Below are positions 31,081-40,397 of a stretch of DNA of 64,000 nucleotides, one piece after another (the stretch's first letter is position 1; the number at the start of each line of letters is the position of its first letter). The notes under the pieces were generated by a model, which saw only the letters and a program-made list of their open reading frames with translations, did no database searches and was not told where the DNA came from. Location: IMG/VR virus record IMGVR_UViG_3300030085_002431, positions 186,001-250,000 of that record; one strand, 5' to 3'. Position numbers and translations under genes: made by a program.

Positions 31081-31733
31081 AAATCTTTTTAGATACTGCC
31101 GATGTTGACCTGATTCAGGAGGCATACTCCACAGGTCTAATCAATGGTGTTACCACCAACCCTACAATCATCAAAAGAAGTGGCAGAGACTTCGTTGAAG
31201 TAATTAAAGAGATTCAGAGTAAGTTTCCTAACCTTGAATCTATTTCTGCTGAAGTAGTTGCTGATACTGCTGAAGAAATGATTGACCAGGCAAACCAATT
31301 CCAAGGAATGTGGAATGTTACAATCAAAGTTCCTTGCACTGTTGAAGGTCTGAAGGCATGTACTGCACTTGCAGTAAATGGATACAAAGTTAATGTAACT
31401 CTTGTATTCTCTGTTGCTCAGGCAATTCTTGCAGAGAAAGCAGGTGCTACTTATATCTCACCTTTTGTTGGTCGTTGGGAAGATAATTCTGTAGATGGTC
31501 TTGGTCTAATCAAGAACATCCGTGAAGTTTACACTGGTGATAACCGATTCACCACAACTCAAATCCTTGGTGCATCTGTTCGTGATGTTCGTCAAGTTGA
31601 GCAGTGTGCTCTGTTTGGTGCAGATGTTGTGACTATTCCACCTCTTGTCTTCTGGTCCATGTATAAGAATGTAATGACTGAAAAGGGTCTGGCAACATTC
31701 CAAAAGGATTGGGAAGACGCAAATGGAATCTGA
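31077..31733 (+). CDS. talC: Transaldolase (TalC/FSA type), auxiliary metabolic gene
   Basis: IFLDTA, GVTTNPT, IKVP, NVTLVFS, YISPFVGR, ASVR motifs. Confidence 0.95.
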   Translation: MKIFLDTADVDLIQEAYSTGLINGVTTNPTIIKRSGRDFVEVIKEIQSKFPNLESISAEVVADTAEEMIDQANQFQGMWNVTIKVPCTVEGLKACTALAVNGYKVNVTLVFSVAQAILAEKAGATYISPFVGRWEDNSVDGLGLIKNIREVYTGDNRFTTTQILGASVRDVRQVEQCALFGADVVTIPPLVFWSMYKNVMTEKGLATFQKDWEDANGI

Positions 31734-31938
31734 TAATGAAAACGTCCCTTATGTTGAACTTGAACTAGACATTAGGGACGTTCGTGCTATATTTCAATCT
31801 ATATCTGGAACGTTAGATACGTTTGCGGATAATAAAGATGAACCAGAAGAATATGAAACTCGTTTGGTTGCATTAGAGGATTTTCTGAGACGAGTTATCT
31901 TAGAATATAATTTCAAGGTGGAATCTACTGAGGAGTAA
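31723..31938 (+). CDS. Hypothetical protein
   Basis: Overlaps talC stop. Confidence 0.55.
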   Translation: MESDNENVPYVELELDIRDVRAIFQSISGTLDTFADNKDEPEEYETRLVALEDFLRRVILEYNFKVESTEE

Positions 31939-31942
31939 ACTA

Positions 31943-32134
31943 ATGTATGAAGAACTAAATTGTTTTGAAGAAGCACTAAAACACTTTGGAACTCGTGTTG
32001 AAGTCATTTGTGCTATGGAACTTGGTGGTAGAATTACTGCTGAAGATGCCTATCAAATGGTTAAAGATGAGTTGAAGGAAGTTAAAAAGTGTAGAAAACA
32101 ATATAAAAAGGAAGGTATCTGTGGAAACGAATGA
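31943..32134 (+). CDS. Conserved cyanobacterial-type small protein
   Basis: FEEAL.HFGTRVEVICAME.GG.I..EDAYQ. Confidence 0.65.
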   Translation: MYEELNCFEEALKHFGTRVEVICAMELGGRITAEDAYQMVKDELKEVKKCRKQYKKEGICGNE

Positions 32135-32291
32135 AGACTCTTTGAAGATTCATCAAAATGAAGATGGGTCTTTTGCTATTGAGTGGGATAAAAATGACCC
32201 ACGATGGAATTTCATGAACGGATTGACAAGTCAAGAAATTACTGATATCGTAGTGAAAGCAATTAAGGAGCAACTTGATGGCGACGGTTAG
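32121..32291 (+). CDS. Small hypothetical protein (GTG start, not in ORF track)
   Basis: LKIHQNEDGSFAIEWDKNDPRW.FMNGLT. Confidence 0.55.
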   Translation: METNEDSLKIHQNEDGSFAIEWDKNDPRWNFMNGLTSQEITDIVVKAIKEQLDGDG

Positions 32292-32352
32292 TGCGGATGG
32301 TTATTCTGTGAATATCAACATGGAACACGGTGAATTTCAAAAATTGGGTGAA

Positions 32353-32760
32353 ATGAGCACACTTAATGATAAGTGGATTTATGAGTCCCCAGATGGGGGT
32401 AAGACAATCTATCGTCGTAAAGTTGGTTCCTCGCATGAAAGTCGTGAACTTTATGTTCAGGGAAAGTCTGAACATTATTATGATTATGACCGTAATGGGA
32501 ATACTGAGAATCCATTTACTCCTAGACCTATCTCCAGTGAAATTGAAACTACATGGGCAGAGATGGATGCAATGGAACCTCTAACTCCCACTCCTCTTAG
32601 TACACCCAAAAAAGTATGGATTGCTGAGATGGATACTGATGTGACTGTAAAAGTTCCTAGAGAAGCACTCAAGTCTCTTAATTGGAAAGAGGGTGATTCA
32701 CTTCAATGGTCTACTAATTCTGATGGTTCTTTGAGTTTGAGAAAACCTTATTCAGTATGA
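32353..32760 (+). CDS. Hypothetical protein with C-terminal AbrB/MazE-like domain
   Basis: IYESPDGGKT N-terminus; VKVP.E.L..LNWKEGD.L.W....DGS..L.K C-terminus; start codon uncertain. Confidence 0.6.
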   Translation: MSTLNDKWIYESPDGGKTIYRRKVGSSHESRELYVQGKSEHYYDYDRNGNTENPFTPRPISSEIETTWAEMDAMEPLTPTPLSTPKKVWIAEMDTDVTVKVPREALKSLNWKEGDSLQWSTNSDGSLSLRKPYSV

Positions 32761-33914
32761 ATGACAATTTAACAGAGAATAACTATATTATTATTCCTAA
32801 TTTTATATCATATTCAAGAGCAAAAAGTTTAGCAAAACAATTTAATATCTATTGTGCGGAAAATAATGTAGACAGTGATTTACAAGTACAAAATTGTTCT
32901 GCAAAATATGACTTTATACCATTTGTTGAACTTTTGGTAGAAAAAAATGTAGAAGTTAGTCAGTTAGTGGGAGAGCACGTTCTACCAACATATTCTTACG
33001 CTAGAAATTATAGAAATGGTAACGTACTTGCTGGGCATGTAGATAAACCTGGATGTGATATTTCACTAACCGTAAACTTAGAGTGTGATAAAGTATGGGA
33101 TATATGGATTGATACACCACATGGTAGAGAATATGTTTCTCTAAACTCAGGTGATGCTATGTTATACCTTGGTATGAAAGCACAACATGGTAGGGAACCA
33201 TTTGATGGAAAATCATGCACTCAAGTATTTTTGCATTATGTAAGAAGCAATGGACCTTATTTTAGATGTTACTTTGATAAGGACTATGCAAAATCTAATG
33301 ATGAAATTAAAACCAATTCAATTGTCTCTGAGATTGATTCTAAAATAAGTAAAAGTCCTATTGTTGATTATATCAGAGTCTATGAAGGAGTATTCACATC
33401 AGAAGAGTGTAAAACTATTTTGAATGAATATAAGAATGATAGTGGATGGGAAACTAGTAAAGTTGGTTTCAATGGCACAGAGGATAGTGATTATCGCAAA
33501 TGTGATATACTGAATATCTCAAACCAAAAGGTTATAGAAAAAAATCAAAGTGTAAGACTGGGCATTGATAATTTAATTCACAGAAAAGCAATTGGTGTTG
33601 CACAAAAATATGTCACAGAATTTCCATCATGCTGCTTAAGAACTGACAGTGGATATGATTTACTAAGATATAAGACTGGGGGATTTTTTAAGCAACATAC
33701 TGACAGTTATCTGGAACAACCAAGAGCATTGGCAATGTCTATAAATCTAAATGATGACTATGAAGGTGGCAGTCTGGCATTCTTTGATGAAGAGGTAACT
33801 ATTAAGGGTGGACTTGGGTCTGTAATCATATTCCCTGCCAATTACATGTATCCACATCAAATTATGGAAGTAACCAAAGGGACAAGATATGCTATTGTCA
33901 CTTGGTTGAGTTAA
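32757..33914 (+). CDS. Tandem two-domain 2OG-Fe(II) oxygenase (prolyl-4-hydroxylase-like)
   Basis: HVD...H.R in domain 1; HTD...LNDDYEGG...FP...YPH....VTKG.RY in domain 2. Confidence 0.85.
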   Translation: MNDNLTENNYIIIPNFISYSRAKSLAKQFNIYCAENNVDSDLQVQNCSAKYDFIPFVELLVEKNVEVSQLVGEHVLPTYSYARNYRNGNVLAGHVDKPGCDISLTVNLECDKVWDIWIDTPHGREYVSLNSGDAMLYLGMKAQHGREPFDGKSCTQVFLHYVRSNGPYFRCYFDKDYAKSNDEIKTNSIVSEIDSKISKSPIVDYIRVYEGVFTSEECKTILNEYKNDSGWETSKVGFNGTEDSDYRKCDILNISNQKVIEKNQSVRLGIDNLIHRKAIGVAQKYVTEFPSCCLRTDSGYDLLRYKTGGFFKQHTDSYLEQPRALAMSINLNDDYEGGSLAFFDEEVTIKGGLGSVIIFPANYMYPHQIMEVTKGTRYAIVTWLS

Positions 33915-33941
33915 TGATATAATCTGTAAAACAAGATAATT

Positions 33942-34169
33942 ATGGCACTATCTAAATCGGTTGAAAATGCACTTAAAGATGCGGAGAACTCTTTGAGAGA
34001 TGCTCTTGCATTTGCAGCAAGAGCAGAGAAACCATATATTGCAAAACACATTGCTGATATGGTTCATCAGATTGATACTCTCGTTAGTACTGATGCTCTT
34101 ATAGATAAATTGGAAAACAGAAATCCTGGTGACAAAGGAATGTGGGGTCCAATGGTTGACTTTGAGTAG
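33942..34169 (+). CDS. Conserved cyanophage hypothetical protein
   Basis: MALS.SV...L..A...LR.ALAFAAR.EKP. Confidence 0.65.
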   Translation: MALSKSVENALKDAENSLRDALAFAARAEKPYIAKHIADMVHQIDTLVSTDALIDKLENRNPGDKGMWGPMVDFE

Positions 34170-34255
34170 TGTAAAGCAATCCCAAAGACAATCTAAAGAA
34201 CGACCCGTTTCTCCCCGACTTGTGTTAGGATACTTACACACAAACAGAGGAAACT

Positions 34256-34462
34256 ATGACTCTACCCAAAGACAAGCAAATCAAACAAGACCATATTGAG
34301 TCTATGAAAATTGCGGTAGAGCAATATGATATTCGTGCAATTCATCCCGAAAGAATGGAAGAGTTTGCTGAGTACCTTGTGCAAAAACTAAAAGAACAAA
34401 ATACAACTGTGGAACCTGTACAACCCAAACCTTGGAGAAACGGAAATCCACTATCTGAATAA
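34256..34462 (+). CDS. Hypothetical protein
   Basis: SD gagg; AIHP..MEEFA. Confidence 0.6.
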   Translation: MTLPKDKQIKQDHIESMKIAVEQYDIRAIHPERMEEFAEYLVQKLKEQNTTVEPVQPKPWRNGNPLSE

Positions 34463-34632
34463 AATAGAAAAATGACTACTTGCATCCTTGAACTACAGAA
34501 TCAAATTCTAAGACTAGAAGAAAGAGTTTTATCTCTTGAAGAAGAGTCTGTTATTCTACAATTACAATACGACCTTCAGAAAGACGTTCTGGATGCAGCA
34601 TTTGACCTCTGACTAAATAGTCAGAGGTATTT

Positions 34633-36453
34633 TTGTATCTGATGCTTGACGAAGCAAGGAAAAGAGAAAAACTTGCTAACATGGCATTGTTGGCATCTCT
34701 TGGGTTGACTGCTGCTCAAAGTCAAAAAGACTTCTTGAGAACAGGTCACATTGAAGGTCCAGGTTCTGCTTTAATGCAGAGATTTGGGCAGAAGAGACGT
34801 GAGGCAGAAAGAAACCTAGACCACGGTGCTATTTCTCAAGCAGCAAGAAACATCAAAGATAGTGGAGCAAGGAACAAGAAAGTGAAACAGCAAAAGAAAT
34901 CACTCAAAGAGTTCATGCATCTTTCTGAGATGCGTAAGGAAGATAAGGTAAAGGGTAAGGGTAGAACTCCGTTATATAAAACTACTACTAAAAAACGTAT
35001 TGAACCAGATGAAACTGGTCATCTAAAAGTAAGAAGAATTAATAGAACAGTATTAGATTCCCCTGCTGACATGGGTAGATTCAAGCAGGGAATGAAAGAC
35101 CCAACAGCACTTGGACCTGGCATTGATTCTGGTGGTGGTAGACATCCACATGGTGGTGGAGGTTCTGGTGCTAAGAAACCAGGAATTTTGAGAGGTAAGA
35201 AGAGAGTTCCTGGTGAAAAGAAACCAAGAAATAAAATGGTGGATGGTCCTGCACCAGCAGAAAAGGTTGCAAATAGAAGAGCAGCAAAGAAAGCTCAAGA
35301 TAGAATGAATCGTGGACGTAGAGCATTTGAGGGATTCTCTAATTGGAGAGATGATTACTCACCACTAGAAGTTGAGTCATTTGATTTAATTACTAACAAA
35401 CCTCTACAACCAACAGAGGGCATTGGAAGTAAAATTCTCGATGAAAAGTGCTGGCCTGGATATGAAAAGAAAGGCATGAAAACAATGTTTGGTAAGAGGT
35501 ATCCAAACTGCGTAAAAAAGAAAACAAGAAAGGAAGAGGTTGAACTTACTGAAAGAGCACCACTTACCCCACCACCCCCAGTACCATCTTCTAGTTCTTC
35601 TAGTGGTAAGGCAACACTGTCTTCTTTCGGTCACGGTCGTCAATATGGTTCTTCATCAAGTAATACATCAAGACCTGCATCAAGACCTGCATCAAGACCT
35701 GCACCACGTCGTGCTCCACTTACCCCACCACCTCCAGTACCTAAACCAAAGTCTACAGGGGGTGTAGGAACTACTGATGATAACAAGAATGCAACAAGCA
35801 TAAAGGTACAACCATATCAAGCTAAAAAAGGTGATAGTTACGATAGGGAGCAACTTCAGCAACTTAAGGATACGAAGTGGTATCCAGATGGTCAGAAGCG
35901 TAAACCTAAATCTCGTGATGTGTATATAAAGAGAACTCCTGGAGATGGATTACCTCCAGTCAAAATTGATAAAGCAGGGCAACCCGTTCCAGGACAATAT
36001 GGTGTAGTGGGGTATAATGAAGAAGTTGAACTTGATGAGGTGACTCGTAGAGAAATCTCTCTTACTGGTGATGAAGATAAGAAGTTCAAATCACTTTTAG
36101 ATAAAGCAAGGCAGTCAAAGAAGAAACCAGACTCTAATTATAAAAAGGAAGGTGGTCCTGTAAGATTATCTTACTTTGAACGCAAGAAAAAGTTCTTCAA
36201 TAAAGAAGAATTAGAACTTGAAGAAGCAAAGGAAGCAAAGTCTTGTCCTTCTGGTAAGTATTGGTGCTACGACTCAAAAAAGTGTAAGACCATCCCTACG
36301 GGATGGTATGTAGGACGTGGTGGATACCTTGAGAAAGAGGAAGAAACAAAGAAAAAGAATGGCAATGGTAATGGAAATGGTGACCATGGTAGTAATGGTG
36401 GAAGTGATGGTGGCGGGAGCAATGGAGGTGGCAACGGAGGAGGTGGAGAATGA
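34633..36453 (+). CDS. Lys/Gly-rich late protein, probable internal head (poly)protein
   Basis: CTAAATA at 34613; modules separated by EEVELDE-like motifs; KCWPGY...PNCVK module; Gly/Asn tail. Confidence 0.6.
   Translation: MYLMLDEARKREKLANMALLASLGLTAAQSQKDFLRTGHIEGPGSALMQRFGQKRREAERNLDHGAISQAARNIKDSGARNKKVKQQKKSLKEFMHLSEMRKEDKVKGKGRTPLYKTTTKKRIEPDETGHLKVRRINRTVLDSPADMGRFKQGMKDPTALGPGIDSGGGRHPHGGGGSGAKKPGILRGKKRVPGEKKPRNKMVDGPAPAEKVANRRAAKKAQDRMNRGRRAFEGFSNWRDDYSPLEVESFDLITNKPLQPTEGIGSKILDEKCWPGYEKKGMKTMFGKRYPNCVKKKTRKEEVELTERAPLTPPPPVPSSSSSSGKATLSSFGHGRQYGSSSSNTSRPASRPASRPAPRRAPLTPPPPVPKPKSTGGVGTTDDNKNATSIKVQPYQAKKGDSYDREQLQQLKDTKWYPDGQKRKPKSRDVYIKRTPGDGLPPVKIDKAGQPVPGQYGVVGYNEEVELDEVTRREISLTGDEDKKFKSLLDKARQSKKKPDSNYKKEGGPVRLSYFERKKKFFNKEELELEEAKEAKSCPSGKYWCYDSKKCKTIPTGWYVGRGGYLEKEEETKKKNGNGNGNGDHGSNGGSDGGGSNGGGNGGGGE
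35668..35703 (+). repeat. 12-bp tandem repeat tcaagacctgca x3 (SRPA)
   Basis: Seen directly; flanked by duplicated APLTPPPPVP. Confidence 0.85.
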
Positions 36454-37217
36454 CTAGAAAGTTTCTCCATGAAATGCTAGACGAGGCAAGAAGTAAAGAC
36501 CAGCAAATCAAAGGTCAGCAGGCAATGCTCGACCAAAAGATTAAAGCAGAGTATGATTCTATAACTAAAGACATTCCTCGGAAAAAGAAAAAAGTAACTA
36601 CAGGAACTGGTGCTTCACCATATCAGGTTTATAAAGCACCTCCTGCTGGTAACTATGTTCCTGCACCAAAGAGAGTTTCTGAAGACTATAAGAATCTTCC
36701 TAGAGATAGAATGGCAAAACAATATGACAGGAAGAAAGATAAGAACTATGATGAGTTCCATAAGCAAAATCCTATGGGCATAGGACCAAGGGTTTCCAGA
36801 GGAAAGAGTGACACTCAGATTGACCAACATGGCAATAGTAAAGAAACTAAGGCAATTAGTGGACAATTAAAGAACAATCCTAGATTCTATGATTCTAGTC
36901 ATGAACAATGGCAGAGAATGCAATCCAAGTTCAAGAGTAAAAAGAACTCTGATGCTACTGGTGAAGTAGCAAGAAGATTAAATCCTAAATCTTATGGTGA
37001 AGAATATAAAAATTTTCCTTCCGATAAAGTAGAGAGAAAACTTAAAAAGGTTGTGGATTCTATTGAGAAGAATCCAAAAGACCTCGGTTTTAAAAATACT
37101 CTTAAGAAGAGGAGAATTGGCAATCTAAAAGCAGAACTTTCTACTGACGAAAGGGAAAGAGAATCTCAATCTAAGTTCATAAGTAAAATAAATAAAAGAA
37201 AAGAAAGCAGACAATGA
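36450..37217 (+). CDS. Lys-rich late protein, probable internal head protein
   Basis: MLDEAR motif shared with upstream gene; internal E.YKN.P.D repeat. Confidence 0.55.
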   Translation: MTRKFLHEMLDEARSKDQQIKGQQAMLDQKIKAEYDSITKDIPRKKKKVTTGTGASPYQVYKAPPAGNYVPAPKRVSEDYKNLPRDRMAKQYDRKKDKNYDEFHKQNPMGIGPRVSRGKSDTQIDQHGNSKETKAISGQLKNNPRFYDSSHEQWQRMQSKFKSKKNSDATGEVARRLNPKSYGEEYKNFPSDKVERKLKKVVDSIEKNPKDLGFKNTLKKRRIGNLKAELSTDERERESQSKFISKINKRKESRQ

Positions 37218-37369
37218 AACCTACTCCAAGAGAAGCAAAAGTAATCCACGAGCACTACGAGAAGGTAGTTGAGCATCTCCTAGCAGAAGGATATGCAGAA
37301 GATAAAGAAGCAGCAGATAAGATTATCGAGGGAATGAGTGCTGCATGGTATAGTCTAATTGTAGACTGA
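37214..37369 (+). CDS. Small hypothetical protein (51 aa)
   Basis: HLLAEGYA....AA..II.GMS..W; ATGA overlap. Confidence 0.6.
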   Translation: MKPTPREAKVIHEHYEKVVEHLLAEGYAEDKEAADKIIEGMSAAWYSLIVD

Positions 37370-37437
37370 GGACGGTCTGGTAACTGTCCACAGACGTTGC
37401 CAGAGACCCCAACCCATGCTATGATTACTAGGTAATC
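37369..37437 (+). promoter_or_regulatory. Palindrome-linked early promoter (copy 5)
   Basis: AGGACG-N10-TGTCCA, TTGCCA-17-TATGAT, ATTAC-tag-GTAAT. Confidence 0.75.
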
Positions 37438-37453
37438 GAGAGAGGAACGACCA

Positions 37454-37684
37454 ATGCATTTCGTTGAGTTTACTCAATCTTCCGCAATCGCAAAGGTTGC
37501 GTTTGACCATGATAATGGTGAAATTGGTGTTGCTTTTACTGCTGACCCCGACAAGTTTTACTTCTTTGAGTGTGACGATACGGATGGGTTTGTGACTAAA
37601 CTTGAAGAGACAGTGAACAAAAACGAATCACTGGGACGGTTTATCTCCGAATTACGGAAAGACGGAACTCTAGTTTCCGTCTGA
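37454..37684 (+). CDS. KTSC-domain-like small protein
   Basis: SSAI..V.FD......V.F......Y.F...SLGRFI. Confidence 0.55.
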   Translation: MHFVEFTQSSAIAKVAFDHDNGEIGVAFTADPDKFYFFECDDTDGFVTKLEETVNKNESLGRFISELRKDGTLVSV

Positions 37685-37691
37685 CCTAAAC

Positions 37692-37763
37692 GGGACTGTC
37701 GCATATTGGTTAATGCTCACTGCTTATAACGGTGTAAACTGGGTTCAATTCCCAGCAGTCCTA
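37692..37763 (+). tRNA. tRNA-Ile(UAU)
   Basis: Acceptor GGGACTG/CAGTCCT; anticodon stem CACTG/CGGTG with loop CTTATAA; T loop GTTCAATTC. Confidence 0.85.
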
Positions 37764-37766
37764 CTG

Positions 37767-37940
37767 AGGAACTTGAGACGTTCCCGACCAAAGGTGCCCA
37801 GCGGTTCGGATATACCGAAACCCTGTAGTTGGGAATCAGCCCCCTTTGGATATTTGCGGAGGACCTGCATCTTACTCCGTTACAAACTGTCAGTATGTTG
37901 GGTCTAGTGCCCCATAGCAAGCATACGGATAAGTGTAATG
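37767..37940 (+). ncRNA. Large structured RNA between two tRNAs (possibly manA motif)
   Basis: Pairings GGAAC/GTTCC, CCAAAGG/CCTTTGG, CCCAGC/GTTGGG, GGTTCGG/CCGAAACC, CTTACTCCGT/ACGGATAAG, GTATGTTG/CAAGCATAC; family identity from memory only. Confidence 0.6.
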
Positions 37941-37943
37941 TAT

Positions 37944-38027
37944 GGGAGTGTGGCGGAATCGGTAGACGCACCAGACTTAAAATCTGTTGGGAGTAATCCC
38001 GTGGGGGTTCAAGTCCCCCCACTCCTA
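37944..38027 (+). tRNA. tRNA-Leu(UAA)
   Basis: GGGAGTG/CACTCCT; loop CTTAAAA; long variable arm. Confidence 0.92.
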
Positions 38028-38042
38028 CTATTTCATTTTATT

Positions 38043-38624
38043 ATGATTACAACTGAACAATTCAAAGAAATCTGCGAGACTCAAGTTGATTGGAATAAAG
38101 TCTTTGGCACTTTCCGAGATGTTTCTGAAGACCCTGGACTGAAGAGTAACTCTGATAACTTCTTCCGTTCAAAAGCATTTGAACTTGCTGTTTGTTGCTG
38201 TTCCCCATTCAAATATGTGGATGAGGATGGTGTAGACTTTCACATGGAATATAATGGTGAAACTATTCGCATCGAACAGAAGGCACTGAAGGGTTTCTTT
38301 TATGGGAATGGTAAGTGTAAACAAGTTAAGATGAAAAACTATCGGGGTGATGTCAGTGAGGCAACATTCAACCGATACAAAACAGAAAACAAATTTGACT
38401 TCGTGATGATTGTTGATTACAAGAATCATAAAGTTGCCATCGCATCAAGAGAGACAGCACAGAAGTGTTATGTCAGTAAAGGTGATGGAGTGTTCTCCAT
38501 GTTCACACCAAGTGATATGACTATTTTGAATCTAGACTTAGATTACTTTTCTTTTCCATCTTCTCAAATTCGTCTATCTGATGTGATAAATGATACTATA
38601 GTTAATTGGATTAGAGAAAGATGA
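38043..38624 (+). CDS. Putative PD-(D/E)xK nuclease-like protein
   Basis: E...GVDF....IRIEQK pattern; true start follows tRNA-Leu. Confidence 0.45.
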   Translation: MITTEQFKEICETQVDWNKVFGTFRDVSEDPGLKSNSDNFFRSKAFELAVCCCSPFKYVDEDGVDFHMEYNGETIRIEQKALKGFFYGNGKCKQVKMKNYRGDVSEATFNRYKTENKFDFVMIVDYKNHKVAIASRETAQKCYVSKGDGVFSMFTPSDMTILNLDLDYFSFPSSQIRLSDVINDTIVNWIRER

Positions 38625-38778
38625 TTAACCTATTCAAACTAAGCATTGCTAGAGGACGTTGGGGTGCTCTGAGCAGAGTAGATAAAGAATTGGTAAGAAA
38701 TGCTTCCTTTGGCAAATTGATGGGAGCATGTTATATTAGAAGTAGTAGATTATCTTCCTGGAGTTGTAATACCTTAGA

Positions 38779-39621
38779 ATGAAACAATTTCCACTTAAAA
38801 CATGTCTGCGGTATCCAGGTGGCAAGAGTAAAGCACTGAAAACTCTTGCTCCCTGGTTTCCTAGTGACTTCAAAGAGTTTCGTGAACCATTTCTAGGTGG
38901 GGGTAGTATCTCCCTGCTCATCAGTCAGAACTATACGAGTTGCCCTATCTGGGTGAATGACAAGTATTTTTATTTGTATAATTTCTGGGTTCAACTTCGG
39001 GATAATGGTCTTGTATTAACAGAGAAACTGAGAAACATCAAACAAGAAGCTCTTGGTGATGATGAAGCACATAAAGAACTGTTCAAAAGGTATCAGAGTG
39101 ACATTGAAACTCTGGAACCCATTGAGCAGGCAGTTGCTTTCTTCGTGATGAATAAGTGTTCTTATTCTGGTTTGACTGAGAACTCCACTTTCTCTGTTCA
39201 GGCATCACGTTCTAACTTCTCTCTTGTTGGTATTGATAAACTGCCAAAGTATTCTTATATTATTAGAAACTGGAAGATTACTAACATTGACTATGCTGAA
39301 GTAATGAATGCTCCAGGTGAAGATGCTTTTGTATTCCTCGACCCTCCTTACGACATTAAAGACTTTCTTTATGGTACTGGTCGTAAACTTCATAGTTCTT
39401 TCAGTCATGAAAGGTTTGCTGATGATGTGGACTCGTGCCCGCATCGGTTCATGATTACATATAACGTGAATGACTGGTTGTTGAACCGTTACAAGGAGTA
39501 TAATCTCAATGAATGGAAACTCCGTTATTCAATGGTACACAGGGGTCAGAAGGGCACACAGGACAATGTGAAGACTGAATTGCTGGTTACTAACTATGAC
39601 CTGCCTGAGGTTGAAGTATAA
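38779..39621 (+). CDS. dam: DNA adenine methyltransferase (D12/Dam family)
   Basis: LRYPGGKS, EPFLGGGS, VND, FLDPPY. Confidence 0.9.
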   Translation: MKQFPLKTCLRYPGGKSKALKTLAPWFPSDFKEFREPFLGGGSISLLISQNYTSCPIWVNDKYFYLYNFWVQLRDNGLVLTEKLRNIKQEALGDDEAHKELFKRYQSDIETLEPIEQAVAFFVMNKCSYSGLTENSTFSVQASRSNFSLVGIDKLPKYSYIIRNWKITNIDYAEVMNAPGEDAFVFLDPPYDIKDFLYGTGRKLHSSFSHERFADDVDSCPHRFMITYNVNDWLLNRYKEYNLNEWKLRYSMVHRGQKGTQDNVKTELLVTNYDLPEVEV

Positions 39622-39647
39622 ATATACTTACGACCTGCTGAACGATA

Positions 39648-40382
39648 ATGAACCTCAACGACATTAACAATTTAACTAATAATATTCTTTCTGAGTCAAC
39701 ACACCAGAAAGATGATTTCTTGAATCGTTGGCCTTACACTTCACCATATTTGGAAGAGAAGAAGAGTTACAAGTACAAGAATTGTGGATGTGGTAAGAAC
39801 CCATGTGAAACTTATGGTGATAAAGCAGAACCAGTATCTGAAGGTGCAACCCATAAAGGTCTCGAAAAGGTAGCAAGCAAGTTAGAGGGTGCAAGTAAAG
39901 CACATGCAAAACAAGCAGCAAAGATTAGAGACCATGTTGAAGACATGAAGGAAGAGAATCTTGCTGAAATTGCACCTGCTCTTGCTGGTGTTCTAAAAAT
40001 GGGAGCAAAAGCAGCAGGAAAAGCAGCACTAAGAAAAGGTGCGATGAAGGTAGCAAACAAAGTTACTCAGAATCCTTCTGATGATGAGGAGATGAGTGAA
40101 GAACTCAATCCTAAACTCAAAGCAATTGATGCTAAGAATAAGGCAAGAGTTGAAGCAGAAGGTCGTGCCGCAGCAGCAGAAAGACAAAAGAGACGTGAAT
40201 CTGCCGATGCTTACAGAAAACATAAGAATGAAGTAATGGCAAAAGGTGGAAGACCTGTTGATGCACTTGATTCTTGGATGAGAAAGAAATTAGGTATGGA
40301 ACATGTTGAGACTGTATCTAAACTCATCGAATCCAATCAATTCTCTGAAGAAGAACTACTTAAAATTATTGAATCAATGTGA
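39648..40382 (+). CDS. Late protein, probable internal head protein
   Basis: TATAAATA at 39617; several L/V-x-E motifs; CGCG.NPC.TYG module. Confidence 0.55.
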   Translation: MNLNDINNLTNNILSESTHQKDDFLNRWPYTSPYLEEKKSYKYKNCGCGKNPCETYGDKAEPVSEGATHKGLEKVASKLEGASKAHAKQAAKIRDHVEDMKEENLAEIAPALAGVLKMGAKAAGKAALRKGAMKVANKVTQNPSDDEEMSEELNPKLKAIDAKNKARVEAEGRAAAAERQKRRESADAYRKHKNEVMAKGGRPVDALDSWMRKKLGMEHVETVSKLIESNQFSEEELLKIIESM

Positions 40383-40397
40383 ACTAATATCATTATT

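Noticed and set aside
37938-38042. ORF-track N-terminal extensions overlapping RNA genes or promoters (37938, 41874, 43790, 44541, 52205, 21770)
   Set aside because: They run through tRNAs, terminators or promoter cassettes; downstream starts fit better, or the ORF is spurious.
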